A stretch of 59,393 bases of DNA, filler included, from 3 parts of 3 records of this genome joined end to end with filler, not necessarily neighbours in it, one strand, 5' to 3'. Shown: positions 19,459 through 29,517, numbered from the whole stretch's first letter. Notes: generated by a model from the sequence alone, not told the origin. Translations and numbers: made by a program.

Positions 19459-20520
19459 ATGAACATCGTATTCGTCAATTCCACCCGCAAATGGGGCGGG
19501 GTCAAGACCTGGACCGTGGACTATGCCACGGAACTGGCCGCACGCGGTCACGATGTTCGCGTTTTCGGACGCCAGACCGAACTTATCGACAAACTGCAGG
19601 CCGCTGGAATAGCCGCCCGTCAAATAGACTTCGGATTTGATTACAACCCGCTCACCATTGGTCGATTCATAGCCGCATTCCTACGATCCCGCCCGGACGT
19701 AGTCATCGGTAACATCGGCAAGGATATCAATACTGCAGGAGTAGCCGCCGCAATACTCGGCATCCCTGTTATCCAACGAGTCGGATTGCCCGGTGATATG
19801 GTTCCTTCCCCTCGCCTTCGCGCCCTGCACGCCATCACTCGACCATGGATGCTTTGTCCTAGCAAGACTGTAGCCGACGGTGTCTGGAACCGATTATCTC
19901 ACATCCCGGCCGATAAAGTTAAAATCATTCTCAATTCTAAAAAACCCGTAAACACTATTAAACCAGTTGGCGACGGGCCACTCTGTCTTGTTTCCACCAG
20001 TCAGATCAATGTGGATAAGCGACATTCGGACGTACTCGATGCCCTGTCCGCCATGCAAACCGACTCTGTCCGTTACGATATCGTCGGTACCGGCAAACTG
20101 CTTGAAGAGCTTCGCGAAAGACACCGCTCTCTGGAAGATCAGGGCGTACTTAGATGGCACGGCTTTTCCACCAATGTGCAGGCACATCTGGCCGAAGCTG
20201 ACATTTTTCTGCTTCCCTCGGAAAACGAGGGAATGCCCAACGCCCTGCTGGAAGCCATGGCCACCGGTCTCATCCCTATTGCCCGCGACATCGGCGGCAT
20301 TGGCGAAATTTGGCCGGAAACATTGGCAGACTATCTCATGCCCGCCAAAGCTGGACCAGACGAATTTCGAATCATCCTTGAACGACTCATGGGCATGAAT
20401 ACGACTCAACTGAATGCGCTCAAAGAAGCCAGTGTGCAGGCGTGTCGTGACACATTCAACCTCAACACGAAAATAGACGAATTTGAAACGTGGGTTCAGA
20501 CGAATATCCTTAAAAGATAG
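19459..20520 (+). CDS. Glycosyltransferase family 4 (GT-B)
   Basis: MNIVFVNSTRKWGG, ARGHDV, DIFLLPSENEGMPNALLEAMATG (EX7E). Confidence 0.9.
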   Translation: MNIVFVNSTRKWGGVKTWTVDYATELAARGHDVRVFGRQTELIDKLQAAGIAARQIDFGFDYNPLTIGRFIAAFLRSRPDVVIGNIGKDINTAGVAAAILGIPVIQRVGLPGDMVPSPRLRALHAITRPWMLCPSKTVADGVWNRLSHIPADKVKIILNSKKPVNTIKPVGDGPLCLVSTSQINVDKRHSDVLDALSAMQTDSVRYDIVGTGKLLEELRERHRSLEDQGVLRWHGFSTNVQAHLAEADIFLLPSENEGMPNALLEAMATGLIPIARDIGGIGEIWPETLADYLMPAKAGPDEFRIILERLMGMNTTQLNALKEASVQACRDTFNLNTKIDEFETWVQTNILKR

Positions 20521-20856
20521 ATGTTATGAATCTCCCTCAGATATACATCATGCAAAGCATCAACCAAACCACCACGCCGGAACATGGCTCGGATACAACC
20601 CGCGCCTACAAATTTCTTTCGCTTCTTCCAAGACTCATTTTCTCGTACCGGCTTCGGCTTCGCCGCAGAAAACTTGCTGTAAACGCGACCTCGACTGCCT
20701 GATTATTCCCCGACACCCCACGCCTGACACTTCCACCTGCTCGATAAAACGGACTGCATTCGGTTTCACAGGATGCCGTATACTTTCGTGCCATAGGCTA
20801 TAAACCACTGACCTCCGCTGACCAAAAATCACGGAACAACAGAAAGGATTACAATA

Positions 20857-22182
20857 ATGGATCAACAATCAACACCGCGCGGAAGCGCACTGCTCCCACT
20901 CCTGTTCTTTCTCGCCCTGTTCATAGGAACAGGATCATATTTATCCGCACAGGGTGTGAGTATGGCCTTTTATCAACTGTCCGCAGCTGTGGCCATTCTT
21001 CCGGCCATAGCTCTCTCCCTTGCCATGGGTAAAGGAAAGCTGGACAGCAAGATCAACATTTTTCTCAAAGGCGTCGGTGACATCAACATCGTCACCATGT
21101 GCATAATCTACCTGTTGGCAGGAGGATTCGCCTCAGTCGCCAAGGCCATCGGTGGCGTGGATGCTACCGTCAATCTGGGCCTGACCTTCATCCCGGCAGA
21201 ACTCGTCCTTCCGGGGCTGTTCGCCATCGCCGCTTTTGTTGCCACGGCCATGGGAACATCCATGGGAACAATTGCCGCCATTGCCCCCATTGCAGCCGGA
21301 GTTGCGCAGCAGACCGATATCTCCAGCGCTGTCCTCATGGGGACCATCGTGGGCGGTGCTATGTTCGGCGACAACCTCTCCATGATCTCGGACACCACCA
21401 TCGCCGCCACCCGTACTCAGGGATGCGCCATGAGTGACAAGTTCAAGATGAACGTACGCATTGTCCTACCAGCGGCATTGGCAACACTTATACTGCTCGG
21501 TCTATTCGGCTCGGCGGGTGGCGTCACCCATGTCGGTGATTGGGAATTCATCCGTGTTTTGCCCTATTTGGTCATTCTGGGATTAGCGATTGCGGGTGTG
21601 AATGTTTTCGTCGTGCTGGCCTCGGGTATAGTTCTGGCCGGAGCCGTCGGTCTTTATGCCGTACAGGATTATTCCCTGCTCACGTTGTCCAAAGATATCT
21701 TCACGGGTTTTACCGGCATGCATGAAATCCTTGTCTTATCCATGCTCGTGGGCGGTCTTGGAGAACTGATCCGCTATAACGGCGGCCTGCAATGGCTGCT
21801 TGAAAAGGTTAACGCCCTCGCACTCAAGGCAGGACGCGGTAACAAACGGAGATCCGGTGAATTCGGTATTGCGGCACTGGTCTCATTGGCCGACGCATGC
21901 ACGGCCAACAACACGGTCGCCATCATCCTTACCGGACGTCTCGCCAAGGAAATCGCCACAGATACCGGCGTTGACCCACGACGTAGCGCAAGCCTGCTAG
22001 ATATCTTCTCCTGCATTGTTCAAGGTGTGACTCCGTACGCAGCTCAAGTACTTCTCGCCGGTTCCATAGCCGGGATATCCCCTGTAGATGTTGTTACGAG
22101 CAACTGGTATTGTCTTGTACTTGCCGGAATAGCTATCATAGCTATCGTCACAGGTTGGCCTACGCTCAAAAAGAAAGCGTAA
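20857..22182 (+). CDS. Na+/H+ antiporter NhaC-family transporter (possible amino acid/methionine uptake)
   Basis: AMGTSMGTI, GGAMFGDNLSMISDTTIAATRTQG, ANNTVAI, SASLLDIFSC; many TM helices. Confidence 0.88.
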   Translation: MDQQSTPRGSALLPLLFFLALFIGTGSYLSAQGVSMAFYQLSAAVAILPAIALSLAMGKGKLDSKINIFLKGVGDINIVTMCIIYLLAGGFASVAKAIGGVDATVNLGLTFIPAELVLPGLFAIAAFVATAMGTSMGTIAAIAPIAAGVAQQTDISSAVLMGTIVGGAMFGDNLSMISDTTIAATRTQGCAMSDKFKMNVRIVLPAALATLILLGLFGSAGGVTHVGDWEFIRVLPYLVILGLAIAGVNVFVVLASGIVLAGAVGLYAVQDYSLLTLSKDIFTGFTGMHEILVLSMLVGGLGELIRYNGGLQWLLEKVNALALKAGRGNKRRSGEFGIAALVSLADACTANNTVAIILTGRLAKEIATDTGVDPRRSASLLDIFSCIVQGVTPYAAQVLLAGSIAGISPVDVVTSNWYCLVLAGIAIIAIVTGWPTLKKKA

Positions 22183-22205
22183 CCATACACGCCTACCACA
22201 ATCAG

Positions 22206-22241
22206 AAAGGGCTGCCGTGCATATGCACGACAGCCCTTTTT
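22206..22241. terminator. Bidirectional intrinsic terminator between convergent genes
   Basis: AAAGGGCTG.CGTGCATATGCACG.CAGCCCTTTTT hairpin. Confidence 0.8.
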
Positions 22242-22300
22242 AACACGATTGACGACAGTAAAGCGCCAGAAACCGCATCAGACTTGAGTCTACAAGCGGC

Positions 22301-22729
22301 CTACCAGCCCTTGGACTTCAGGATGTCATTCACCTTGTCGGCGGTTTTCTTTTCCACGATGACCATTTTCTTGGCCTGAGCCTTACGAATCTTTTCGGTC
22401 AAGGACTCGATATCGGCAGGCTTCTCCATGAAGTCCATGGCGCCAAGTTTCATGGCCTGAATTCCAGCCTCAAGGGTTGCCTGCCCTGTGAGCAAAATAA
22501 CCTGCATCTCAGGATGACTTTTCTTGATGACCTTGAGCATGTCGATGCCGTTCATGTCAGGCATCTGCAAATCAAGCACGATAGCATCATATTCATTGGT
22601 ATCCAGTGCAGTGACGGCATTACCAGCGGTCTCAGCAGTGGTAACATTCATGCCACGCAATTCCATACGCTCGGACAGAGCTTCCAAAAATTCAACTTCG
22701 TCGTCGATAAGCAGTACTTTTTCAGCCAT
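22301..22729 (-). CDS. Single-domain response regulator (REC)
   Basis: LIDDE, VLDLQMP, LLTG, EKP. Confidence 0.92.
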   Translation of the reverse strand: MAEKVLLIDDEVEFLEALSERMELRGMNVTTAETAGNAVTALDTNEYDAIVLDLQMPDMNGIDMLKVIKKSHPEMQVILLTGQATLEAGIQAMKLGAMDFMEKPADIESLTEKIRKAQAKKMVIVEKKTADKVNDILKSKGW

Positions 22730-22759
22730 TGTATTTCTCCTGAAAGGTATAATGTAATG

Positions 22760-23407
22760 TTACTCGGCCCCGTTCTGCGCCCTGAGGAACAGTTCGGTGG
22801 TCCGCAAGTCTTCATCCGTCGAAACATCGACGTTCATGGTCTGCGCCATGGATGAAAACAATTCGTCATTCTTCAGCGGTGCATCCTTTCCGGGAGCGGA
22901 AAGGGAGAACGATGCTCCACCATTGACGGGTTTCACGCTCACGACCAGGGAGTCGCCTGCGTCCATATTTTTAACCGCGGCTGCAATTGAGGAGTGCAAC
23001 ACCTGCATCAGATCAAAGGGGTTGGCAAACAAAGAGACTGGTTCACAGTCACCCATTGTCAGCCGGATCTGCTGCATATCGGCAAGACGAGTTGCCAGAG
23101 CCGTAGTCAAATCGAGGATTTCCACGAGGTTCACCTCACGAACATCCTCATCCGTTGAGTGCGCAAAGGCATTCATGTTCTTAATGATGGAGTCGCCGCG
23201 CTGAATCTGACCTTGGATGGAATTAGCAGCACTCTTCAGCCGATCGGGCCGAAGAGGAATGCCGCGTTCTGCCATAAGCGTCAAGTCCTCGATCAATCCC
23301 GCTGCCTCATTAATGACAGCAAAAACGTTTTTGATCTCGTGCGATACGGACGCGCTGACGCGTCCGAAAAATTGGAGCCCTTCACGGGTATTTATTGTCT
23401 GTGTCAT
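22760..23407 (-). CDS. Histidine-kinase-like protein with intact H-box and degenerate ATP-binding domain (probable phosphotransferase)
   Basis: SVSHEIKNVFAVINE H-box; no recognisable N, G1, F or G2 boxes in the C-terminal half; no sensor domain. Confidence 0.7.
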   Translation of the reverse strand: MTQTINTREGLQFFGRVSASVSHEIKNVFAVINEAAGLIEDLTLMAERGIPLRPDRLKSAANSIQGQIQRGDSIIKNMNAFAHSTDEDVREVNLVEILDLTTALATRLADMQQIRLTMGDCEPVSLFANPFDLMQVLHSSIAAAVKNMDAGDSLVVSVKPVNGGASFSLSAPGKDAPLKNDELFSSMAQTMNVDVSTDEDLRTTELFLRAQNGAE

Positions 23408-23424
23408 GTGCGAATCCCCCTGCG

Positions 23425-23775
23425 TCAGCCAATGGCTTCCTGAATTTTAGCCATCAAATCTTCAATCTGGATAGGCTTGATCAAATAATTGCACCCGGCT
23501 GCGCAACCAGCTTTAAAATCGGATTCCGAGCCATGGCCGGAAAGAAAAATGTACTTCATGCCCGGATGTTCTTTGGCCAACAATTTCATGAGTTCCAAGC
23601 CACTGAGTTTGGGCATTTTCATATCGAGCACTGCTACGGCATATTCGGTTGTGGCAGCCATTTTCAGAGCGTCCTCTCCATTATCGGTCCAATCCGCATC
23701 CACACCGCGAAAACCAAGTCTTTCAGCCATGGCGGAAACCAGTTCCACTTCGTCGTCAACCAGCAGCACTTTCAT
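23425..23775 (-). CDS. Single-domain response regulator (REC)
   Basis: LVDDE, VLDMKMP, LSGHG, IKP. Confidence 0.92.
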   Translation of the reverse strand: MKVLLVDDEVELVSAMAERLGFRGVDADWTDNGEDALKMAATTEYAVAVLDMKMPKLSGLELMKLLAKEHPGMKYIFLSGHGSESDFKAGCAAGCNYLIKPIQIEDLMAKIQEAIG

Positions 23776-23780
23776 GTCAT

Positions 23781-25505
23781 TTACGCCTTATCTGAACCCT
23801 GAAGGGGCATTGTTATGGTAAACACCGTTCCTCGACCGACCTCACTTTCCACAGCCATGGTACCGTCCAGTTCCTGAACAAGCCCATAGGTGATCGAAAG
23901 CCCAAGACCAGTACCACCGGTCTTCTTCTTGGTTGAAAAAAACGGGTCGAAAATCTGTTTAATGTCAGCTTCCGGGATACCGCATCCGTCATCTTCCACA
24001 GAAAAGACCAAACGGTTCTCCGTAATCCTGCGTGCAGAGATAGCAAGTTGCCCGCCATCATTCATGGCTTGGAATGCATTATTGATCAAATTGAGAAAAA
24101 TTTGTTGCAGCTTGCCACGGTCAGACACGAACGGCGGCAGGTTTTCAGGGATGTCCATGGTAATAGATATGGACCGGTACTCTGCTTCCTTGCGCAAGAA
24201 ATCAATGACCTCTTCCGCCAACTCCTTAAACTCGATTGAATCCATTTCCACATCAATATGACGGGCAAAGCTCAAAAGTCGTTTGGTAATTTTGCCGCAA
24301 CGTGCCACCGAACCGAGAATGGACTTGATATTCGCCAGCAACCGCTCGTCGTGGGCATATTCCTGCTTGAAGACAAAGAGATCGTTGATGAGTCCGGCCT
24401 TCTCATTAATGATGGCCAAAGGATTGTTGATTTCATGAGCAACACCGGCAGCCAATCGACCAATGGAGGCCATACGGTTGGTGTGTTCCATTCGATGCAA
24501 AGTCCGGGCGCGGGTTTGATCCGCAACATAAATTTTGTTGACCATGTAGGTCGCCACACCCACGATAACCAGCATGATGATAAAGATACTGACAGCCAAA
24601 ATCCATACAAGTTCCATGCGTATGGTCTCAAGCGGCTTCATCAGCCCAGCTGTGTCCTTGACGACAAGAATAATAAACGGTGTTCCGCGTACATAAGCGT
24701 ACCCGACAGTCAAATCAGTTCCGTCCTTTGCCATGATCTGGTTCACGCTGGTTCTTTCGGAATATGCAGGCAACACAAGATCAACCTTGGAAAACAATTC
24801 ACCATGTTCTCTGGACGGCGTCTGGATAACTCCGACCCGATCAATAAGCATGGCATCGCCGCCACCGGGCAGATCAATGGAAGACAGAATGGCGTTGAAC
24901 TTGGCGGTATCCAATGTGGCTCGAAGCACGAAATCTCTACCGCTCTTCTTGTCACGGACCTTGCGGGCCACGATCAAGTGCGGTTCATCACGGAATCCGA
25001 GAAACACTCCACTGATATAGGCTCCGCCCTCCATGGTGCTGTCAAACCATTCCTGCCCACTGTAATCGATGCCAAGCAGATCATGCGGCCCAATATAGGC
25101 TACCTGCCGACCTTCGTGGTCAACAATGCCGATATCCACGAAACCACCAAAACTGGCTTTCAAGGAATCAAGCGCGGATTGCAAATTGTCGCTGTCGCGC
25201 AAACTGGAAATGCCTTGATGCTTCGCCAAGAAATCCAGTGCGTTGGTCCGCTCTTCAAGGAAATATGCGATAGTACGCCGCGCATTGGACGTGGTGCGAG
25301 CCGTGCGCAACAGGTTTTCGGATTCAAGAGAACTCCGGGTGACGTTATAATCAATAAAAGCCATGACCAACAACGGGACCAAAGCAACAACCGCCAGAAG
25401 TGCAACGGCAAAACGCCAGATGCGACGGTAGTTGAACAGGTTCTTGCCCGGTCCCTTGCTGGGATCGATATCCCAGAATTGTGGTCTGATTTTTGCGAAG
25501 ATCAT
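23781..25505 (-). CDS. Membrane sensor histidine kinase with extracytoplasmic Cache-type domain
   Basis: Two TM helices flank a ~250-aa domain (DYSGQEWF..YISGVFLGFR); AAGVAHEINNPL, NLINNA, DDGCGI, FDPFFSTK, GTGLGL. Confidence 0.93.
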   Translation of the reverse strand: MIFAKIRPQFWDIDPSKGPGKNLFNYRRIWRFAVALLAVVALVPLLVMAFIDYNVTRSSLESENLLRTARTTSNARRTIAYFLEERTNALDFLAKHQGISSLRDSDNLQSALDSLKASFGGFVDIGIVDHEGRQVAYIGPHDLLGIDYSGQEWFDSTMEGGAYISGVFLGFRDEPHLIVARKVRDKKSGRDFVLRATLDTAKFNAILSSIDLPGGGDAMLIDRVGVIQTPSREHGELFSKVDLVLPAYSERTSVNQIMAKDGTDLTVGYAYVRGTPFIILVVKDTAGLMKPLETIRMELVWILAVSIFIIMLVIVGVATYMVNKIYVADQTRARTLHRMEHTNRMASIGRLAAGVAHEINNPLAIINEKAGLINDLFVFKQEYAHDERLLANIKSILGSVARCGKITKRLLSFARHIDVEMDSIEFKELAEEVIDFLRKEAEYRSISITMDIPENLPPFVSDRGKLQQIFLNLINNAFQAMNDGGQLAISARRITENRLVFSVEDDGCGIPEADIKQIFDPFFSTKKKTGGTGLGLSITYGLVQELDGTMAVESEVGRGTVFTITMPLQGSDKA

Positions 25506-25527
25506 AACGTCACCCGGTCTTTATTAC

Positions 25528-26742
25528 TTAGATTCCCTGGACTTTTTCGTTAGCAGCCTTGAGCGTTTCACTCAGGACGTCAATATCCACGGGTTTGTGC
25601 AGATAAGCGAATGCACCGAGTTCCATGCAGATCTGACGATCTTTTTCCGAACCATGACCGGTCAGGATGATGACCTGAATATTCGGATGTTCGGATTTAA
25701 CCCGACGCAAAACCTCAATACCGTCGATGCCGGGCATCTTGAGATCAAGAATCATAACTTCGGGTTCATCTTCCTGCACCAGATTCAGGGCCGATTCTCC
25801 ATCATAAACAACTGCGGAACCCATATCGCGCATCATCAGACGCTCGGACAAGGTCTGGACAAACTCACGTTCGTCGTCAACCAGCAGCACCTTGGACGGA
25901 ATGTCAAAGTCCATCTTACGATAGATATCTGTCTGATGAAAGCCCTTGCCTACCACGGTGTCAACACTATCCACACCGTCAACACCACTCACTATCTCGG
26001 CCAGTTCGCGCTCAAGGCGCTCCAGCATGAGGACATGCTTGTTGATGGTCAGGGTAACTTTCTTGTCCTTGGCAGCCACGAGGACATTATGCCCTTCGGC
26101 GGCCAACACGGTCCCTACCTTGGCGGACAACAGAAAGTCGGCGACCTTGGCGCGGGAAGCATCTGTAACTTGAACAGCCTCATTTGCAAGCTGCTCAACA
26201 ATAAGGTCCACGCTGCGGTCCACACCGGATGCACCAACAGGGACTATTATATCATACAAAGCATTTGACCAGGGATCGTCTACACCCTTCAGGGATTCAA
26301 CCCAGGCGGCACGATCACTATCGTCTTTATGAATAAGCTTGAGAGCATGTTTCTCGGCAAAGCCTTCAGTACGCTCTGCTACAGCCAGTCGTTCTTTCAT
26401 CTCGGAAACGAGGCACACCTTGAGGATGTGATCTATCTCGGGAGCCGACAACTGGGATGCGAAACCGGAAAACAGGAGCTTGTCCTGATTCATGAGTTTC
26501 TTTGCCATGGCAAACCGGAGCCAGGCAACTGCCCGCTCTTTTTCATGGCTGAAGGCGTTGAAGACTGAACCCTTAGCCTGAAAGGCTCGGGCAATTTTAT
26601 CCTCGGACAGACCGGAGAGTTTCGCGGCCTCGGCCACAATCTCCTGATCGGTGACAAGACGGTATCCCGTGGCGTCCACCACGCGCTTGACCACGACACC
26701 AGCCTCCGAGAACAGACCGTTGAATACAGTTATAACAGACAT
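25528..26742 (-). CDS. Cytidylate-kinase-like domain + small linker domain + C-terminal REC
   Basis: N-terminal Cytidylate_kin2-like pattern (MSVITVF..GYRLVTDQEIV..DD.DRAAW..DPW...YDI) lacking the P-loop GK; C-terminal REC (LVDDE, ILDLKMP, LTGHG, HKP). Confidence 0.75.
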   Translation of the reverse strand: MSVITVFNGLFSEAGVVVKRVVDATGYRLVTDQEIVAEAAKLSGLSEDKIARAFQAKGSVFNAFSHEKERAVAWLRFAMAKKLMNQDKLLFSGFASQLSAPEIDHILKVCLVSEMKERLAVAERTEGFAEKHALKLIHKDDSDRAAWVESLKGVDDPWSNALYDIIVPVGASGVDRSVDLIVEQLANEAVQVTDASRAKVADFLLSAKVGTVLAAEGHNVLVAAKDKKVTLTINKHVLMLERLERELAEIVSGVDGVDSVDTVVGKGFHQTDIYRKMDFDIPSKVLLVDDEREFVQTLSERLMMRDMGSAVVYDGESALNLVQEDEPEVMILDLKMPGIDGIEVLRRVKSEHPNIQVIILTGHGSEKDRQICMELGAFAYLHKPVDIDVLSETLKAANEKVQGI

Positions 26743-26767
26743 TGTCTACTCCTTGTTTGTCTCGGAC

Positions 26768-28894
26768 TTATGCGAGACGGCAAACAGTTGTCAGCGGGCA
26801 GTTGTCTTCCTGACCGTCAGCATGCGCGCTCTCATGAGTGGCACAAATGGCGGTTTCCATGGTCGGGTAGACGTGATCCTCACCTATCTTTTCCAGCAAA
26901 TGAGTGCGTTCGAGCACGGCCATAACCGCCTCGTTAACACCACACAGGGATATGTCCAACCCGGAGGCACGGACACGGTCCACGATCAGGGACAGTGCTT
27001 CCTCACCGGAAGCATCCATGTCGTTGATACCGTTGGCGACGATAATAATATGCCTAAGTTTGTCATTGCCCATCATGCGATCAGTAATCTGATCTTCCAG
27101 AAAACTCGCATTGGCAAAAAACAACGGACCGTCGAAACGGACCACGGCAATATGCTGGCATTCCTTAAGTCCAAAGGCCGTGGCATCGCGCAGGGACTCG
27201 TCATCGGAACGAGACAGACTAGCGACCTTAGGACGCATGGACTTGTAGAGGAATACAGCCAAAGATAAAGCAACACCGACCATGATGCCCTTGTCCAGAT
27301 GCGGGGCAAAAGCCAGTGTGCACAGGAAGGACAGAATAGAGATGGCGCCATCATACCATTGGGCTTTCCAGGCATGAATAAAACCGGACGCGTTGATGAG
27401 ACCGATAACGGCCATCATGATAACTGCGGCCAAAACGGCCTGAGGCAAGTGATACAGCAGCGGTGTGAAGAACAGCAGGGCGATAACAACCATAAGCGAA
27501 GTGAAGACACTGGACATACCGGTGACTGCGCCTGCCTGAAGGTTGACCGCCGAACGTGAGAATGAACCGGATGCAGGATAGGACTTGCCGCATGCGCCGA
27601 GCATATTGGCGAGTCCCTGACCGATAAGTTCCTGATTGGGATCAAGACGCTGGCCTGTTTTGGCGGCCATAGCCTTGGCAATGGAAATGGCTTCCATAAA
27701 TCCAAGCAACGAAATAATGGCTGCAAACGGAAGCAGATGCAACATGACCTTGAGGTCCAGTGCGGGAGCCGAAATGGACGGAATACCGGAAGGCACCGTG
27801 CCGACGACTGCTCCGCCGCCCATCATTTTCATATTAGAGGTGTCGATCTTGGTATTACCAACCTTCAGACGCCAGGTACGACCATCTGCAACCATATTGG
27901 CCGGGACAGAACCCTGCGCATAAAAGGCCATGTTACCGCCAGCTTCTTCAACACCGTCAAAAAGTGTTGCCCGAAGCGCGGCGCGTTGGTTATGTGCTTT
28001 CAGCTTCAAACGGGAAATCTGCACATTAATAACGTTCAGATCATGTTCGGCATCAAGAATGCCCACAGCATCCTTGGCACTCTTTGCCTCATCCATACGA
28101 CCATTAAGCGCGGTACGTTCAACAGCAAGCTGATCAATACCGGCAATAGCAGTATTAAACTGGATTATGGATTCACGGACTTCAGGAGCTTGAATGGTAT
28201 CCAAGGAAACTTTGGCGTCATGATTGAATCCCAGTCCCCATGACAACGCTGTGGTCACAACAACAGCCACCAGCACATTAGGAATCTTGGGGTTGATACG
28301 CTTCAGCACAATCATAATGGCAAAAGCGAGCACCCCCATACCGAGCGTTGGCAAATGAGTATAATGAAATGCTCCTTCGACCACACGAATAATCGTTTCA
28401 TAATGATGCTCAGCCTTGTCCACATATACGCCAAACATCTTGGAAAGCTGAGAGGACGCGATGATGATGGCAGCAGCATTGGTAAAACCGTTAACGACCG
28501 GGTGAGACAAGAAGTTCACCACCAGACCAAGTTTCAGCACACCAAGCATGAATTGGAAAAGCCCCACCATAAGTGCAAGAAGAATTGCATACGCGATGTA
28601 TCCCTCACTACCAGCTGTTGCCAGCGGTTCAAGGGATGCTGCGGTCATGAGCGAGACGACTGCCACCGGTCCGGTTGCCAACTGACGGCTGGAACCAAAA
28701 AGTGCGGCAACGAGCGGAGGTAGAAAGGAAGCGTACAGGCCGTAATAAGCAGGCATCCCTGCCAACTGGGCGTACGCCATGGATTGTGGAATGAGTACAA
28801 GGGCAACCGTCAGGCCCGAAATGGCATCCGCTCGTAGCGCCGCCATGTTGTACCCTTTGAACCAGTCAATGAACGGGAGTATTTTCGAAAGCAT
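26768..28894 (-). CDS. SulP-family anion transporter with STAS domain
   Basis: DAISGLTVALVLIPQSMAYA, GSSRQLATGP, NQELIGQG, SFSRSAVN, STAS RFDGPLFFANA..DMDASG; about 135-aa insertion in an external loop. Confidence 0.93.
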   Translation of the reverse strand: MLSKILPFIDWFKGYNMAALRADAISGLTVALVLIPQSMAYAQLAGMPAYYGLYASFLPPLVAALFGSSRQLATGPVAVVSLMTAASLEPLATAGSEGYIAYAILLALMVGLFQFMLGVLKLGLVVNFLSHPVVNGFTNAAAIIIASSQLSKMFGVYVDKAEHHYETIIRVVEGAFHYTHLPTLGMGVLAFAIMIVLKRINPKIPNVLVAVVVTTALSWGLGFNHDAKVSLDTIQAPEVRESIIQFNTAIAGIDQLAVERTALNGRMDEAKSAKDAVGILDAEHDLNVINVQISRLKLKAHNQRAALRATLFDGVEEAGGNMAFYAQGSVPANMVADGRTWRLKVGNTKIDTSNMKMMGGGAVVGTVPSGIPSISAPALDLKVMLHLLPFAAIISLLGFMEAISIAKAMAAKTGQRLDPNQELIGQGLANMLGACGKSYPASGSFSRSAVNLQAGAVTGMSSVFTSLMVVIALLFFTPLLYHLPQAVLAAVIMMAVIGLINASGFIHAWKAQWYDGAISILSFLCTLAFAPHLDKGIMVGVALSLAVFLYKSMRPKVASLSRSDDESLRDATAFGLKECQHIAVVRFDGPLFFANASFLEDQITDRMMGNDKLRHIIIVANGINDMDASGEEALSLIVDRVRASGLDISLCGVNEAVMAVLERTHLLEKIGEDHVYPTMETAICATHESAHADGQEDNCPLTTVCRLA

Positions 28895-28909
28895 TCAGCC
28901 TCTTCCTTG

Positions 28910-29494
28910 CTATGAAGCCTGTAACATTCTGCGGCATGTGAGCATCAATTCGTTGAACAATGCGCCCGCATCATACAGGTTGAAGTTTTTGAATCGAACC
29001 AGACCATCCACCATGGTAAACAAGATGAGTGCCGATTTTCGGGGATGAATATCCTGATTGATGGATTTGTCTTCCTGCCCTGTTACAATCGCCTTTTCGA
29101 AAATATCGACCAGACAGTTATAAATTGCTTCCAGATTTTCCCTGAACTCCGGGTTGGACTCGGAGAACCTGTAAAGGAAATGCCTGTGCAACAGCAGAAA
29201 CTTGTCTTCCAACAAACCAGCCAGATACAGATAGAAAGAAACGACCTCCTCCGCCATTTCAAGACCAGAATTAAACGGTCTGTTCTCAAAGAACCGTTCG
29301 AACTGATCAACAATCTCGTCTCTGGTTTTTTCCAGGATGGCTAACAGCAGACCTTCCTTGTTCTTGAAGTGATAAAAAATCGTTCCCTCAGCCACTCCGG
29401 TCAATCGGGCCAATTCCTGAACCGATGTATCCGCAAACCCCTTATTCGCGAACAGAACCGTGGCAACTTTGAGTATGGCTTCTTTCTTCTTCAT
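28910..29494 (-). CDS. TetR/AcrR-family transcriptional regulator
   Basis: AILKVATVLFANKGF..TSVQELA..GVAEGTIFYHFKNKEGL; ATG at 29494 preferred because the GTG at 29533 lies inside the operator. Confidence 0.92.
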   Translation of the reverse strand: MKKKEAILKVATVLFANKGFADTSVQELARLTGVAEGTIFYHFKNKEGLLLAILEKTRDEIVDQFERFFENRPFNSGLEMAEEVVSFYLYLAGLLEDKFLLLHRHFLYRFSESNPEFRENLEAIYNCLVDIFEKAIVTGQEDKSINQDIHPRKSALILFTMVDGLVRFKNFNLYDAGALFNELMLTCRRMLQAS

Positions 29495-29517
29495 GCTGTC
29501 TAATTCATCCTTTTCCG

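Noticed and set aside
20521-20856. Possible SAM or lysine riboswitch upstream of the NhaC-family transporter
   Set aside because: No recognisable consensus elements of those riboswitches in the intergenic sequence
24258-25553. Long antisense ORFs (for example 24258-25553 +, 10078-10977 -, 51923-52873 -, 25432-26268 +)
   Set aside because: They are shadows of well-supported genes on the opposite strand and have no recognisable motifs
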